Positions 17,332 through 29,100 of a DNA stretch of 30,136 bases are shown here, piece by piece. The DNA is taken from the NCBI GenBank assembly GCA_021772355.1, contig JAJFMB010000014.1:1-30136 (forward strand). The letters run 5' to 3'. A program made the translations under genes and the position numbers. This stretch comes from Chlamydiota bacterium (GTDB lineage: Bacteria; Chlamydiota; Chlamydiia; Chlamydiales; JAJFMB01). Positions within the stretch are counted from its first letter, which is position 1, and each line of letters opens with the position of its first letter. The notes beneath the pieces are model-generated. The model saw only the letters and a program-made list of their open reading frames with translations. It searched no databases and was not told where the DNA came from.

Positions 17332-17356
17332 AAAAGGGGAAGAAATTCCCCTTTTT
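17332..17356. terminator. Bidirectional rho-independent terminator between convergent purT and mgtE
   Basis: AAAAGGGGAA-GAAA-TTCCCCTTTTT perfect hairpin with A and T tails. Confidence 0.8.
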
Positions 17357-17363
17357 CTCTATT

Positions 17364-18836
17364 TTAAGGAAAAAAGGAAAAGACTAATCTCGCCACTAAG
17401 AAGAACATCAGTGATGAGAGCACGTCGTTGAAGGCTGTGACAATAGGACCAGAGGCAACGGCGGGATCTACTTTCATTCTAACAAATATGAATGGGGAAA
17501 AGGTGCCAAGAAAAGTAGCAGTAAGACAGGCTCCAAGCACCCCGAAACTGATGGTCATCCCAAGAACAAGCGGGTCTGCCTCGAGGACGGCAAACATATT
17601 GAGGATATAAACGACCAAGCCGCAAAAAAGACCAAAAAAAGTTCCGATCAGAACGCCAATTGCAATTTCATTCCGCATCGCAAGCCCTTTAGTACCGGCA
17701 GAGAGTTCCCCAGTGTACATGCTTCGCACCAAGATGGTACTGCATTGGATTCCAACATTACCTGACATTCCGGTAATAAGTGGAACGAAAAAAGGAACAA
17801 AATAAAACCATGGGCTTCCGCTAAAATATGACATCGCTGTCGCTGTGATCAAACCTGAACAAACCGTAACAAAAAGCCAGGGAAGGCGCCAGGCAAAGCG
17901 TTTAAAAATAGGTTCGTGTTCACTCACACTTTCACCGGTACCGGCAATAGTCGCGATTGTTTCGTCAGCTATATCTTCCATGGCTTCGACGACATCTTCA
18001 TAGGTGATCACCCCAACAATGCGATCTTCCTCATCTACTACCGGCAGAGCAGGAATTTGATAACGCTCCACAATATCAACGACTTCGTCTCTGGAACTAT
18101 CAGCTGTCACCTTGTGTAAAACCGGACGCATCACTTGACGAATCGGCACATATGGAGGATTAACCATAAGGTTCCGCCCTGCAACATAGCCGGCTAATTC
18201 CCCTTCATCATTTAAGACAAAGATGCGACGCGTCAAATCAATACCGGGATTATTGCGAATTTGTGTTGCCACCTCACCAATTGTCGTATTGTAGTGAAAA
18301 GCAAAATATTGATTTGTCATCAGACGACCGGCACTATGGCGATCGTGCTTTTGCAATTCGCTGATGCGGGTGGCTTTATTGGGTTCTATTGTTTCAATGA
18401 TCCTTTTCGAGCGTCGATCTGACATGTCATCCAACATCCAAACGGCTTCATCGGGAGGCATATTTTCTAAAAGTTTTTTGATCGTTTGATCATCGAGCTG
18501 TTTAAAAATGGCCGAACGGGTATTGCGTCCGGTATGGATCATAAAAATTGTTTTAGCATGTAAATCAGGTAGATTTTCAAAGACAATAATTCGTGAATCA
18601 GGAGGTAGTCGTGTTACGGCATAGGCCAAATCGATGGGATCGTGCTCTATAGCAATTTTGGCAACGTCATGTAGCAAAACCTGCATGGTTTGCTTATGGA
18701 ATGCCTGCTCTAACTTTGCATTTAAGGCATCATCAAGATTGCTTGTTCGGGAATCAAGCAGATTTCCTATCGAGATTGGAGGATGCTCAATATACTCTTC
18801 ATTCTGTTCATTATCGGCTTCCACAAACGCCTCCAC
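17364..18836 (-). CDS. mgtE: Magnesium transporter MgtE
   Basis: MgtE N domain, CBS pair (AGRLMT, LPVVDEEDRIVGVITYEDV), RLPWL, GMSGNVGIQ and DPAVASGPIVTAFND motifs. The GTG start is uncertain. Confidence 0.96.
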   Translation of the reverse strand: MEAFVEADNEQNEEYIEHPPISIGNLLDSRTSNLDDALNAKLEQAFHKQTMQVLLHDVAKIAIEHDPIDLAYAVTRLPPDSRIIVFENLPDLHAKTIFMIHTGRNTRSAIFKQLDDQTIKKLLENMPPDEAVWMLDDMSDRRSKRIIETIEPNKATRISELQKHDRHSAGRLMTNQYFAFHYNTTIGEVATQIRNNPGIDLTRRIFVLNDEGELAGYVAGRNLMVNPPYVPIRQVMRPVLHKVTADSSRDEVVDIVERYQIPALPVVDEEDRIVGVITYEDVVEAMEDIADETIATIAGTGESVSEHEPIFKRFAWRLPWLFVTVCSGLITATAMSYFSGSPWFYFVPFFVPLITGMSGNVGIQCSTILVRSMYTGELSAGTKGLAMRNEIAIGVLIGTFFGLFCGLVVYILNMFAVLEADPLVLGMTISFGVLGACLTATFLGTFSPFIFVRMKVDPAVASGPIVTAFNDVLSSLMFFLVARLVFSFFP

Positions 18837-18919
18837 ATCAAGGATTCACCTGCATCATACCTTGTATCTATAAAAAAATTCAAGATGTTCCTAAAGGGAT
18901 GCTCATTGATAAGTATTGA

Positions 18920-18948
18920 TTGAATTTTAACAGTTAAGCGGGTAGAAT
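18920..18948 (+). promoter_or_regulatory. Putative sigma66 promoter of typA
   Basis: TTGAAT-17 bp-TAGAAT upstream of ATG 18984. Confidence 0.6.
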
Positions 18949-18983
18949 ATTCTTATTATTAACCATTTCTATAGATACATCAT

Positions 18984-20798
18984 ATGTTTTCACCCAAAAA
19001 AATCCGCAATATCGCCATTATCGCTCACATTGATCATGGAAAAACGACACTTTTAGATAATCTTTTCAAGCAATCTAACATTTTTCGCGACAATCAGCAA
19101 ATTCCTGAAAGAGTCATGGATTCGTATGATCAGGAAAAAGAACGAGGCATTACGATCTTCTCTAAGCCAACCTCGATCTTTTATCACGATTACAAGATCA
19201 ACATTATTGATACTCCAGGACACGCGGACTTCTCAGGTGAGGTTGAACGCGTCTTAGGTATGGTTAACTGTGTTCTTCTCCTTGTTGATGCTCAAGAAGG
19301 TCCGATGCCGCAAACGCGTTTCGTGTTGATGAAATCTCTACGTATGGGCCTTAAGCCTATTGTCGTTCTCAATAAAATTGATCGTCCCCATGCCAACCCT
19401 GACCGCGCGCTTAATCTCACGTTTGATTTATTCGCTGAACTTGGCGCAACTGATGAGCAACTTGACTTCACCTATTGCTACGCCTCTGGATTCAACGGTT
19501 ATGCCATGAAAAATCTTGATGATCCTCGTGAAAACTTTGGTCCTCTCTTTGATTTAATCGTAGAAAAAGTTCCGGAACCACAGGGAGCACCTGAGACCCC
19601 ATTTTTGATGCAAGTAGCAACATGTGCTTATGACGATTATGTCGGTCGTAAAGCTTGTGGCCGTGTTCTTGAGGGAACAATAAGAAAAGGGCAAACTGTT
19701 ATTCGATGCGATAACGAGGGCGGCAAAGAAACACGTGGACAAATTGTACGTGTTGAGGGCTACCACGGCATCAGCACTGTTGAACTAGAAGAGGCTGGAG
19801 TTGGCGACATTGTCATGCTATCAGGAATTCCCGATGTCACAATTGGTGATACTTTATGCGATCCTGCCCAAACAAGAAGAATGCCGAAAATCACGATGGA
19901 CGAACCAACTGTCTTTGTCGACACCACGATCAATTCAAGTCCATTAGTTGGAGCTAGCGGTAAATACGTAACGATTAGCCGTCTTCGCGAACGCTTAGAA
20001 AAAGAAGGGCGCGCCAATATTACGTTGAAAATTGAAAACTCGGAAACTGATCAAGACAAAATCACTGTATCAGGTCGAGGAGAACTACACCTCGCAGTTC
20101 TTTTTGAAGCGATGAGGCGAGAAGGGTATGAGTTTAGCATCTCTAACCCGCAGGTCATCACAAAAGAAATTGATGGCACAAAATATGAGCCGATTCAAAA
20201 GGTGCATGTCGAAGTTCCGGAAGAGTATTCCGGTCGCGTGATTGAGGATCTATCCAAAAGAAAAGGGGAGCTGCAACTCCTCCATACTAATCAATATGGT
20301 GTTACTTCCTTAGAATTTCTTATTCCAATGCGAGGCCTTATGGGTTATCGCAATGACTTTCTGACAGCAACGCGTGGTCTTGGTATCATGACGGCCCTGT
20401 TTGATTCCTATCAACCCTGGAAGGGAGCAATCACAGCGCACAATCGCGGTGTATTAATTGCCAATTGCGCTGGAAAAGCCAACGGCTATGCTTGCTTTAA
20501 CATTCAAGATCGCGGAGGTCTTTTCGTTAAACCCGGTGATCATGTCTATGAAGGGATGGTTGTTGGAGAAAACAGTCGCGATAATGACCTTGTTGTGAAC
20601 ATTACCAAGGAAAAACAGCTCACAAACGTACGCGCTTCCGGAACGGATGAAAATGTTATTTTGGCTCCTCCTCGCACTTTCACTCTGGAACAAGCGATCG
20701 ATTACATCGGCGATGATGAGTTAATCGAGGTGACCCCTGCTATTATCCGCCTTCGTAAAACTTTCCTAAAAGAAACGGACAGAAAAAGAAAGAAGTAA
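18984..20798 (+). CDS. typA: Ribosome-associated translational GTPase TypA/BipA
   Basis: [65 protein letters not shown] and LEQAIDYI motifs. Confidence 0.98.
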   Translation: MFSPKKIRNIAIIAHIDHGKTTLLDNLFKQSNIFRDNQQIPERVMDSYDQEKERGITIFSKPTSIFYHDYKINIIDTPGHADFSGEVERVLGMVNCVLLLVDAQEGPMPQTRFVLMKSLRMGLKPIVVLNKIDRPHANPDRALNLTFDLFAELGATDEQLDFTYCYASGFNGYAMKNLDDPRENFGPLFDLIVEKVPEPQGAPETPFLMQVATCAYDDYVGRKACGRVLEGTIRKGQTVIRCDNEGGKETRGQIVRVEGYHGISTVELEEAGVGDIVMLSGIPDVTIGDTLCDPAQTRRMPKITMDEPTVFVDTTINSSPLVGASGKYVTISRLRERLEKEGRANITLKIENSETDQDKITVSGRGELHLAVLFEAMRREGYEFSISNPQVITKEIDGTKYEPIQKVHVEVPEEYSGRVIEDLSKRKGELQLLHTNQYGVTSLEFLIPMRGLMGYRNDFLTATRGLGIMTALFDSYQPWKGAITAHNRGVLIANCAGKANGYACFNIQDRGGLFVKPGDHVYEGMVVGENSRDNDLVVNITKEKQLTNVRASGTDENVILAPPRTFTLEQAIDYIGDDELIEVTPAIIRLRKTFLKETDRKRKK

Positions 20799-20901
20799 GG
20801 CTCTGAAATACCACACCTTCTTAATAAAACCTTAATATTTAATTAATATTAAATAAATATTTATTATTTATATTAATTTTTAATTAAAACAGAGGTTTAT
20901 C

Positions 20902-21843
20902 ATGATTAAAGGTATTCAATATCCAGATCTTCCCCCTTATCCATCACAGGGTCCAAATCCTGTTGATGATAAACCTGAGGCATTACCTGTTCCTTCTCCA
21001 TTTAATCCCGATGTCTGCTTTGTGGACAAAGCCGGCACTAGCTACTCAATGAAGGAGTTGAAGAAGAGCAAAGTCTTCACGCACTTAGATACGTCCAATT
21101 GTTTGAAGAAAATCGATAAAAGAATAGACATCCTAAACGCAATTAAATGGACATTGATAACCTTGTTAGTAGTTTCCTATATTGGGGTACCCATTACTGG
21201 CGTGTTATTGGCAAAGAGTGCTTTTCTCGGGGCTTTAAATGAGACTGGTTTATGGTTAGTTCCTATAACTCTAGGGGGCCCTCTTTACCTCGGTGGCGGA
21301 ACTGCGTGTGTTTTCTCTCTCGCCTCAAACTTGAAAAAGAGTCGAGAAAAACTAGCTAATTTCCTAAATACGGAACACTTTGATGTCATTGATTTTAAGG
21401 CTTACGAAAGCAAGATCTTAAGTTTGAAGGAATTTTGGGGAGGGGAAAAGAGTGTCGATGAGATCAACCTCTTCGAGTCGCAAATTATAAATCTCCACGA
21501 ACTACAAAAAAAGAGATTAGAACAGGAAGAGCTATTACAAAAGAAGAAACTGGAATTACAAGAGTTGCAACAGAATAATAATAATCAGATTAGCGACATA
21601 ATTGAAGAGAATATCTCACAGAAACAACAGGAAATGGAACAACTAAGACGGGATATAGAATCTCTTTCTACAGAAATCGTCAATAAGTTTGAGGATATTA
21701 AGAATCAAAATGTTCCCTTGAAGGAGAGTGAAATGATCAGTGAGGAGGACTTGAGTCCCCTGCTAGCTACTGATTCAAATCAGACAGAAACTGTTCAAAT
21801 TCCGACGTTGCTCTCAGATTTTCCAACCACTCATCGTGCATGA
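20902..21843 (+). CDS. Putative inclusion membrane (Inc) protein, IncA-like
   Basis: Pro-rich N-terminus, long bilobed hydrophobic domain (WTLITLLVVSYIGVPITGVLLA...LWLVPITLGGPLYLGGGTACVFSLA) and a Q/E/K-rich C-terminal coiled coil. GAGG RBS. Confidence 0.65.
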   Translation: MIKGIQYPDLPPYPSQGPNPVDDKPEALPVPSPFNPDVCFVDKAGTSYSMKELKKSKVFTHLDTSNCLKKIDKRIDILNAIKWTLITLLVVSYIGVPITGVLLAKSAFLGALNETGLWLVPITLGGPLYLGGGTACVFSLASNLKKSREKLANFLNTEHFDVIDFKAYESKILSLKEFWGGEKSVDEINLFESQIINLHELQKKRLEQEELLQKKKLELQELQQNNNNQISDIIEENISQKQQEMEQLRRDIESLSTEIVNKFEDIKNQNVPLKESEMISEEDLSPLLATDSNQTETVQIPTLLSDFPTTHRA

Positions 21844-23821
21844 GGTCCTCGAAGGAGGGCAAGGCACCAATTTTTTCCGCTTTTTCCAGGTAGTGGATTG
21901 AGAGGTTGAATTGCTTGCTTAGTGAGTAGAGGCAAGCAAGATTGTAGTAGGCTTGCACACTTCCCAATGAAGCGGAATAGACAAGCTTTTTCTCAGCTTC
22001 TGTATATAGATGCTGACTTTCTTCCGGACAGTTCGGATCGTATATCATCTGAGCGAGATGGATCAATGTAACTCCCCAATCATGTGAAATAACTTCATCC
22101 TCATGATCGTAGGAAAATGCTGCCTGGAAGTGATTTAGTGACTGGTAGAAGGTTTGGATATCACCTTTAAGCTCTGCTAAATGTGAATAAGCTAAGGCGA
22201 TATGGTAATGGATAGCTGTATTTTGCGAATCTGACTCGATTAATTTTTGAAAGAAGCGTAATGCTTGATCGATATAGCTGGTATCTTCGTAGTGATCGCC
22301 GAGCATATCCAAAATGCAAGCATAATGGAAAAGCCACTCGGGTTCTAAGGAATCTTCTCCATCAAAGAAGGAAAAAGCTTGTTCAAACTTTTGTTTGGCA
22401 GATTCTAAGAAATCAACATCATCACTCATTTCAGCTAATTTTAGTAGAACAACCCCCCAGTCACTCCAAAATTGAGGTGCAACCTTACCGCCAAACTCAA
22501 CAACGCGTTGGCAGAATTTATCTGCGAGCTCAACAAGCTTACGATCTTGCTTGAGTTCTCCAAGAGCAAAATGAGCAAGGGCTAGCCCATACCATAATAG
22601 AGGTTCTTTATCATTTAGGTTGAGGGCATGGCGAAATTTTTCAATCGCTTTGGCGTAGTACTCTTCATCCTCAAAATAACGACCCAACTCATTTAGACAT
22701 GTTCCATAAAGATACCACGTCAGGGGATCTTGATTGTGGAGTTCCAAGCTCTTAAGTAGTTTTTTTTCTGCTTCTTTAAGCGAGGAAAGCTGATCTGTAT
22801 AGACACCGCACAACATCAGAGCTTCTCCCCAGCTGCGTAAAATGTGAGGATGATTTGCCTCACGCTCATCTGCTTGTCGGTAGCGCTCTAAGCTTTCAAG
22901 AAGAAAGTTTGCGTTTTTTTGCCACTTTCCGTAGTTAACAAAGAGATTAGCCCATTTAAGCCATAAAATACCGTGGTGCTGTTCAATCTTTGCGGCTCTT
23001 TCATAACACTCATGTGCGCGATAAAAATCATCGTCATTGGGATTCAAGTGGAACACATGGTGATAGGTACAAGCAAGGTTATACCAAGCTTCGAAATAAT
23101 TTGTGGCGAGCAAAATTGCTTTTTTATAGTAGCCAATTGCCTTGTGAAAGCCTTCGCGCTGACCTGTCAAATAGGTAAGTTCCACCAAGGCGTTTGCGTA
23201 ATCATTCCAGAACTCGGGTCTTTCTAATTCTGTTTCCGCCGCTTGTTTGAATTTATCAATAGCATGACAAAAATCTGCGACTTCACCTGACACTTTTCCA
23301 TATAAGAACCAGCTTTGCCCCCATTTCCAAAGACAATCTGCCTTCATGGTTAAATCTTTAAATTGGCAGCTCTGATGCGCTTTAGTAAAAAGGATGTCTG
23401 CTTGCTGAAAGGCGCTAAGATCGCGGTTGAGCACTCCAATACGCGTTTGCACGCACGCCCATTCAAACCAGGCAGGATAATAAGCTTGGTCAATTTCAGT
23501 TGCTTTTTGCAAGGCATTAACCGCGTGATTCAAATATTTGACGTTATTTTCATGCTTTGCAAAAGCGTGACCTTTGCGATACAAAACAGGTGCGCTTCCG
23601 GGAGCTATTTTCATAGACAAATCGAAACTGCTATTTGCGTCTTGATCACCGGATTGCAATTGCTTATCCCCTCGCATCGCAAACAACAAACCGAGTAACT
23701 CCCTCTCTTCGCAATTTAACGATTGCCAGCTAGTGGGGTCATGGTAAGCATCAAGAGAGTCGAAAGCTTCTTTTTTTCGAATCTCTTCAAGGTGCTTTTT
23801 CTTATTTGAATTATCTTTCAT
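21767..23821 (-). CDS. Long tetratricopeptide-repeat protein
   Basis: Repeated W..WA..L / A..KF..A TPR units and a terminal YYNLACLYSL...DEWLENLR motif. ATG 23821 preferred over TTG 23833. Confidence 0.85.
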   Translation of the reverse strand: MKDNSNKKKHLEEIRKKEAFDSLDAYHDPTSWQSLNCEERELLGLLFAMRGDKQLQSGDQDANSSFDLSMKIAPGSAPVLYRKGHAFAKHENNVKYLNHAVNALQKATEIDQAYYPAWFEWACVQTRIGVLNRDLSAFQQADILFTKAHQSCQFKDLTMKADCLWKWGQSWFLYGKVSGEVADFCHAIDKFKQAAETELERPEFWNDYANALVELTYLTGQREGFHKAIGYYKKAILLATNYFEAWYNLACTYHHVFHLNPNDDDFYRAHECYERAAKIEQHHGILWLKWANLFVNYGKWQKNANFLLESLERYRQADEREANHPHILRSWGEALMLCGVYTDQLSSLKEAEKKLLKSLELHNQDPLTWYLYGTCLNELGRYFEDEEYYAKAIEKFRHALNLNDKEPLLWYGLALAHFALGELKQDRKLVELADKFCQRVVEFGGKVAPQFWSDWGVVLLKLAEMSDDVDFLESAKQKFEQAFSFFDGEDSLEPEWLFHYACILDMLGDHYEDTSYIDQALRFFQKLIESDSQNTAIHYHIALAYSHLAELKGDIQTFYQSLNHFQAAFSYDHEDEVISHDWGVTLIHLAQMIYDPNCPEESQHLYTEAEKKLVYSASLGSVQAYYNLACLYSLSKQFNLSIHYLEKAEKIGALPSFEDLMHDEWLENLRATSEFEQFLSDLNQ

Positions 23822-23857
23822 ATTACCGGACAATTTTACTCTTATTCAGCTTATAAT

Positions 23858-25930
23858 TCAAAGGTTATGAATTGCATTTATCATTTCCGACAACTCGGTA
23901 ATGGGCTCCTGGCAAACTCCCTCTCGACAGAGATAAAGCGTAGTCTTCCCTTTTTGCGCGGTATAGTCACGCATAGCAGGAATTAAAGAAAGAAGTTGTT
24001 CGTCATTATCTCTTTTCCAAACCACAGCTTTGTGAGGGATATAGTTACTAAAAATAGCGTGCATAAGCTCTGTTTGATACTCATCTTTATTGTTGAGAGC
24101 GACCACAATCGTCGTCGCCTGACGATCATAAAAACGGCTGAGATTCATTATCTGAAAACAGTAACCGGGAGCATAGTTATCAATGTATTTTTTAACAGCC
24201 ATCAATACGTCTGAGGCATCATCAAAGTAATCAGGATAGAAAGAGAGACGGTAAAGCCGTAATAAGTTCTCACACTGTATTGAATTGCCTGAAGGTTCAG
24301 CACCATCGGCATATTGGCATTTCCGTAAAATGATTGAAGAATCCTTACCATCAGTCTGATAATACGCACCCCCAACTGCTTTAAATTCTGAATTGAGGAT
24401 TGTATTCATACGCAGTGCCCATTCTAGCCACTTCGTCCCGCATCCTGCTTCATAGAGGCTAATAAAACCACGAATCAAAAAGGCGTAGTCATCAAGCCCG
24501 CCTTGGTACTGCGACTCATCCTCTCTCCAGCGGCGCAGTAGTCTTCCTTCGTGCCACAAATTATCAATAATAAATTGCGCTGCATTTATCGCAGCTGTAA
24601 CATATTTTTGCTCTTGAAACGCTCTTCCCGCTTCTACCATTGTATAGATCATGAGGCCATTCCAACTACTCAAAATCTTATCATCTTTTAAGGGGTGCAC
24701 CCGCTTTTCACGATGTTCCCAAAGTTTCTTTTTCTGACTTTCTAGTATTTCGGCAATGTCGTTTGGGTTCTGGCTAATCTGTTCGCAGTACTCTTCTATA
24801 CGGAACTCTGTGTTCAACACATTTCGTCCCTCGAAATTACCTTCCTCAGAAACACCGTAAAAATCACAGAAAAGCTCACTATCTTCAAAGCCGAGCACCT
24901 CATCAATCTCTTCTTTGGACCACGTGTAAAAATACCCTTCTCTTCCCTCACTATCAGCATCTTCTGCCGAATAGAAGCCTCCTTTTGGATGCGTCATATC
25001 TCTTAGGATGTAAGTCAGTATTTCATCACAAACCTTTCGGTATAGCGGTTTTTTGGTGACTTGCCACGCCTCTAGGTAGCAGTAGGATAACAAGGCGTTA
25101 TCATAGAGCATTTTTTCAAAGTGGGGGATGAGCCACTGCTCATCAATACTGTACCTTGAAAACCCTCCGCCAAGATGGTCGTAAATACCGCCGCGCTGCA
25201 TCATATCAAGGGTTTTTTCAACCAAAAAAAGCGCTCGACTATCTTGATTTTTAGATGAATAGCGCAACATAAAGCTGTACTGATAGCCAATAGGGAATTT
25301 AGGAATCCCTTTCATTCCCCCAAATGTGGAATCTGCCATTTTGTAAATGATTTCAGCTGTATCCTCAATTTGCTCTTTGAAAGGGAGCTGGTCCCCCACT
25401 GCGTGAGAGCTTTGAGCAAACACTTCGACAATTTTCTCAGCTTCTTGAATGACCTGTTCCCGCTCTTCTCCATTCCAAACATCTCGAATGCGCATAATAA
25501 GTTCAGTAAGCCCCATCATGCCGTGACGACTATGAGAAGGTAGATATGTCGTAGCAAAAAAAGGTTGAAGATCGGAAGTTAAGATAACGTTGAGAGGCCA
25601 TCCGGCGGAACCTGCCATCATACTTTGAGCAAATTCCATGTACAAATTATCGATTTCAGGCAACTCTTCACGATCAACTTTGATGTTAACAAAGGAGTCG
25701 TTGAGCAGTTGAGCAATTTCAATATCTTCAAATGATTCCCGCTCCATGACGTGGCACCAGTGGCATGTTGCGTAGCCGATCGAAAGGAATATTGGTTTAT
25801 CGAATTCCTTCGCGGTATCAAATGCTTCTTTGCCCCAAGAATACCAATCAACGGGGTTATGAGCGTGTTGCAGTAAGTAGGGTGACTTCTCTCGAATCAG
25901 CCGGTTTGTGTAGAGGTGCTTTTCAGCCAT
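23858..25930 (-). CDS. yyaL: Thioredoxin-domain protein YyaL/SPATA20 family (DUF255 plus alpha/alpha-barrel)
   Basis: [73 protein letters not shown] and [13 protein letters not shown] motifs. Confidence 0.93.
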   Translation of the reverse strand: MAEKHLYTNRLIREKSPYLLQHAHNPVDWYSWGKEAFDTAKEFDKPIFLSIGYATCHWCHVMERESFEDIEIAQLLNDSFVNIKVDREELPEIDNLYMEFAQSMMAGSAGWPLNVILTSDLQPFFATTYLPSHSRHGMMGLTELIMRIRDVWNGEEREQVIQEAEKIVEVFAQSSHAVGDQLPFKEQIEDTAEIIYKMADSTFGGMKGIPKFPIGYQYSFMLRYSSKNQDSRALFLVEKTLDMMQRGGIYDHLGGGFSRYSIDEQWLIPHFEKMLYDNALLSYCYLEAWQVTKKPLYRKVCDEILTYILRDMTHPKGGFYSAEDADSEGREGYFYTWSKEEIDEVLGFEDSELFCDFYGVSEEGNFEGRNVLNTEFRIEEYCEQISQNPNDIAEILESQKKKLWEHREKRVHPLKDDKILSSWNGLMIYTMVEAGRAFQEQKYVTAAINAAQFIIDNLWHEGRLLRRWREDESQYQGGLDDYAFLIRGFISLYEAGCGTKWLEWALRMNTILNSEFKAVGGAYYQTDGKDSSIILRKCQYADGAEPSGNSIQCENLLRLYRLSFYPDYFDDASDVLMAVKKYIDNYAPGYCFQIMNLSRFYDRQATTIVVALNNKDEYQTELMHAIFSNYIPHKAVVWKRDNDEQLLSLIPAMRDYTAQKGKTTLYLCREGVCQEPITELSEMINAIHNL

Positions 25931-26129
25931 AAAAATCCCAATTCAATCATTTCCTTATTAGGACATACTCTTCTTTCATACACAAATCAATGATTTTTTT
26001 ACTTCAGACCTAGAATTTTTCATGATCATCTAAATATATTTTGAATATTTATCAACATTGCCCTTGAGTTTTTAATATATACAGTATATGAAACATGTTT
26101 CATCTGTTTAAATCTTGAAAGGGCCAAAA

Positions 26130-29100
26130 ATGCAAGATCACTCAAGCTCACCCCAAAATCACAAGCAAAAACCTCCTCATAATCAGTTTAAGAACAACAT
26201 GATTATTACGCTGTTTAGCAGTTTAATTCTTCTTCTGATCTGCCTTGTCGGGGTTGAAATATTTAGAAGCAATCGTACTCCACAAAAATATGCCGAAGCT
26301 AAAGTTTCCATGAAAAAACCGCTTCGTATCGCATCATCTAAACAGCGAAACATGAGTTTTTCTGATGGTATTGGAGCCAAAGGATCTAATCATATTGCCC
26401 TTGAAACAAACCCGACAAAGTCATTTGAATCTTTGAGGTTTACTCAGCTCGAAAAGTCTCTTGCTGAAAAAGAAGCACTTCACCTTCAAGCCAATGAAAC
26501 CATTCACAGCCTTAACCATGAAATAGACATCGCGCAAAAAAAGATCAAATTAATGGATCTAACACTTGATACGCTTGCGAACCGGTTGGAGATGCAAAGA
26601 GCAGAAAAAGAGAAAATAGAGCTTAATTATAGAGAACAAATGTTCAAACTTAGCGACGAGGCTCAAGCTAAAACAGAACAGATTAATCACGAGATGCAAG
26701 AAAGCCTTGCAAGACAGCAAGAACTAGAAACTAATTTACAAGCAAAGATCGCAAAGATAAATAAGCTTACCGCTGCTTGGAAAAAACAAGAGAAAACCCT
26801 TCTAAACCAGGCCGAAGAGATTCTAAAACTCAACACTCATATAGAAGACAACCTCTCTCAAGAAATCGTTTCCCTGACATCTTCAGTTGAATTTGAAAAG
26901 AGTCAAAACAAAAAACTATTACAGACTCTAGATGAGACAAAGCAATCTCTTAACAGCGAACTTGCCGACACAAGAGAAGCTCTTTACCTGGCACTAAGCG
27001 ATTTAGAAGATAGTAATGCTCGAATGGATGAAGCATTTATCGGGGAAGCTGAGCTGATGAAGTTAGTTTCTGACCGCGACACTTCACTAGCTTTGAAATC
27101 GCTTGAATTTGAGACTCTTTTTGACAACTACGCTAAGTTGGAAAAAGACATGAGCCAGGAAATGCAAAACTTAGCCTTTTTTATCGATCTCGAAAAAAGC
27201 AGCTCCAAACAGCTACACCAGCAGTTAGCTCAAGCGTTGAACAAATGTGAAGAAGAAAAACATCGCGCTCAAGAGCTGGAAGCCAAATTACAAATGGTAA
27301 TCAAGCAAGTGCAAGAGAGTGAAGAGAACTCAATGGCGCAAAATGCTCTTTCTGTTTCAAAACAAAATGAACTACAGAAAATCGTTGACGCTCTATCAGC
27401 TGCGGAAGTGGAAAGTAAGGATCAACTCGAATTTTTAACCCTTCTTTCTGAAGTGGAGCAATTAAAATCCCAGCAGTCCCTACAGGAGCTCTATGATGAG
27501 CAGATGCGATCACACGAACTTTACCAAGCGCTGAGAGATTCTCAAGAACAAAACCAGAAACTTTCCGAGCAATTAACAGAGCAATACGCTCTCTATGGTC
27601 AAGTTGAAACTGAAATGATGCTTTCGGTCAATAATTTGAAGTCCAATCTAGAACTCGAAAGAAGCCGTGTCCAAGAACTTAGTCAGGACCTAAAAAATAC
27701 AGTCGCACAGTATCAAGACGAAAGAGAACGTGCTTATGAGCTAGAAGAAGTTCTCATTATGTCCATTGAAAGAGCACAAGTTCTTGAGGAGAATCTGGAA
27801 CAACATCGCTCCTTACTCGCATCTAAAGAAAATGAAATCAAGCTTAATTCTCAAGAATACACATCTCTAGTGTCACTTGAAGCGCAACGAAAAGAAGAGG
27901 CGTTATCGACGATAGTTATTGAGCAAGCTCGTGTAGAGAATCTCGAAACAGAGCTGGCACAGGAGAGAGGTAAAGTACAGCAACTTCAAAGCGAACTCGA
28001 AATGCAACGGACACTCTTGACAGAGAAACAAAAAGAAAGCTCTGAAACAACAAGAGAACTCACGGATGCCCTTGAAAACCAAAAAACAAAAACAAATGAA
28101 CTAAGTTACTCTTTAGAGAATCTGGATCTTGCAAAGCAGAAGTACGAAGAAGAAATTGCTGAGTTAAGAATAAGTCTAAGCGCTGAGGAAGCGCGTTCCG
28201 AAGAAATTGCCAATGCTCTAAAAGATGCTTTTACTGAACATTATACACAGCAACAGCAAACGCAAGACCTAGAAGAAAAGTTGAGCGTGGCACTTGAAAA
28301 GGCTGAACTTCTGGAGAAAGAGCTCGAAGTTCAACTTGCAAATCTCAATCAAAAAGAACACGCGGTCTCATTGTCTTCTGAAAAAGAACAAGAACAAGCC
28401 AGAGAGTTAAGAAGCACAATAAACTTAAAAGCCTCTTTAGAAGCAGAACTTTCTGAAAGAACTCAAGATCTTATCGAATGTAGAGAAAATATAGCCCGTT
28501 CTATGGAGCTGCAGCAAGAGCTACAGCAACAGTTATCAGAAGAACAGGATAAAGTCACTCTACTTGAAAATGAACGCGCTCAATACCCCATAAATGAGAT
28601 ACAGGGAACTCTCGCAGTCTTGTCTACCGAACTTGCGGAGAAAGAGCAAAAAGCGTCTGAGCTAGAAGATAAGCTACAAGCTGCAAATGCAAAAATGGCT
28701 TCCCTTGAATCTGATATGACCGAACAACAAGAGCGATTCGCACTCAAAGAAAAAGAGCTCCTTTCCTCTTCAGAAAATGAACAAATCATTGAAGATTTAA
28801 AAGAGCAGCTCAGTTCAGCACGAGACCAGGCACACCAAGTTGAAGCTCTTCTTATGGATCAAAAATCTCTTGCACTTCAAAAAGAACAGCAGCAAGAAGC
28901 TATTGCTGAAGAGTTGTCTAGCAACAAAGGCCGGGTTTGGGAACTCGAACAACAATTGGCAGATGTTTTTAACCAAGCTGAAAGAATTGATCAGGATACA
29001 CAAGCGGCAAACCATTTAAAAATAAGTTCGCTTGAGGAAGAACTCAAAGTGGCAGCAGATCGAGCGCTTGAATTAGAAAGTGAGATTACCTCTCAAAGAG

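Noticed and set aside
20832-20865. Palindromes TTAATATT-TAATT-AATATTAA and AATAAATATTTATT upstream of the Inc candidate
   Set aside because: The region is almost 100% A/T, so such palindromes are expected by chance.
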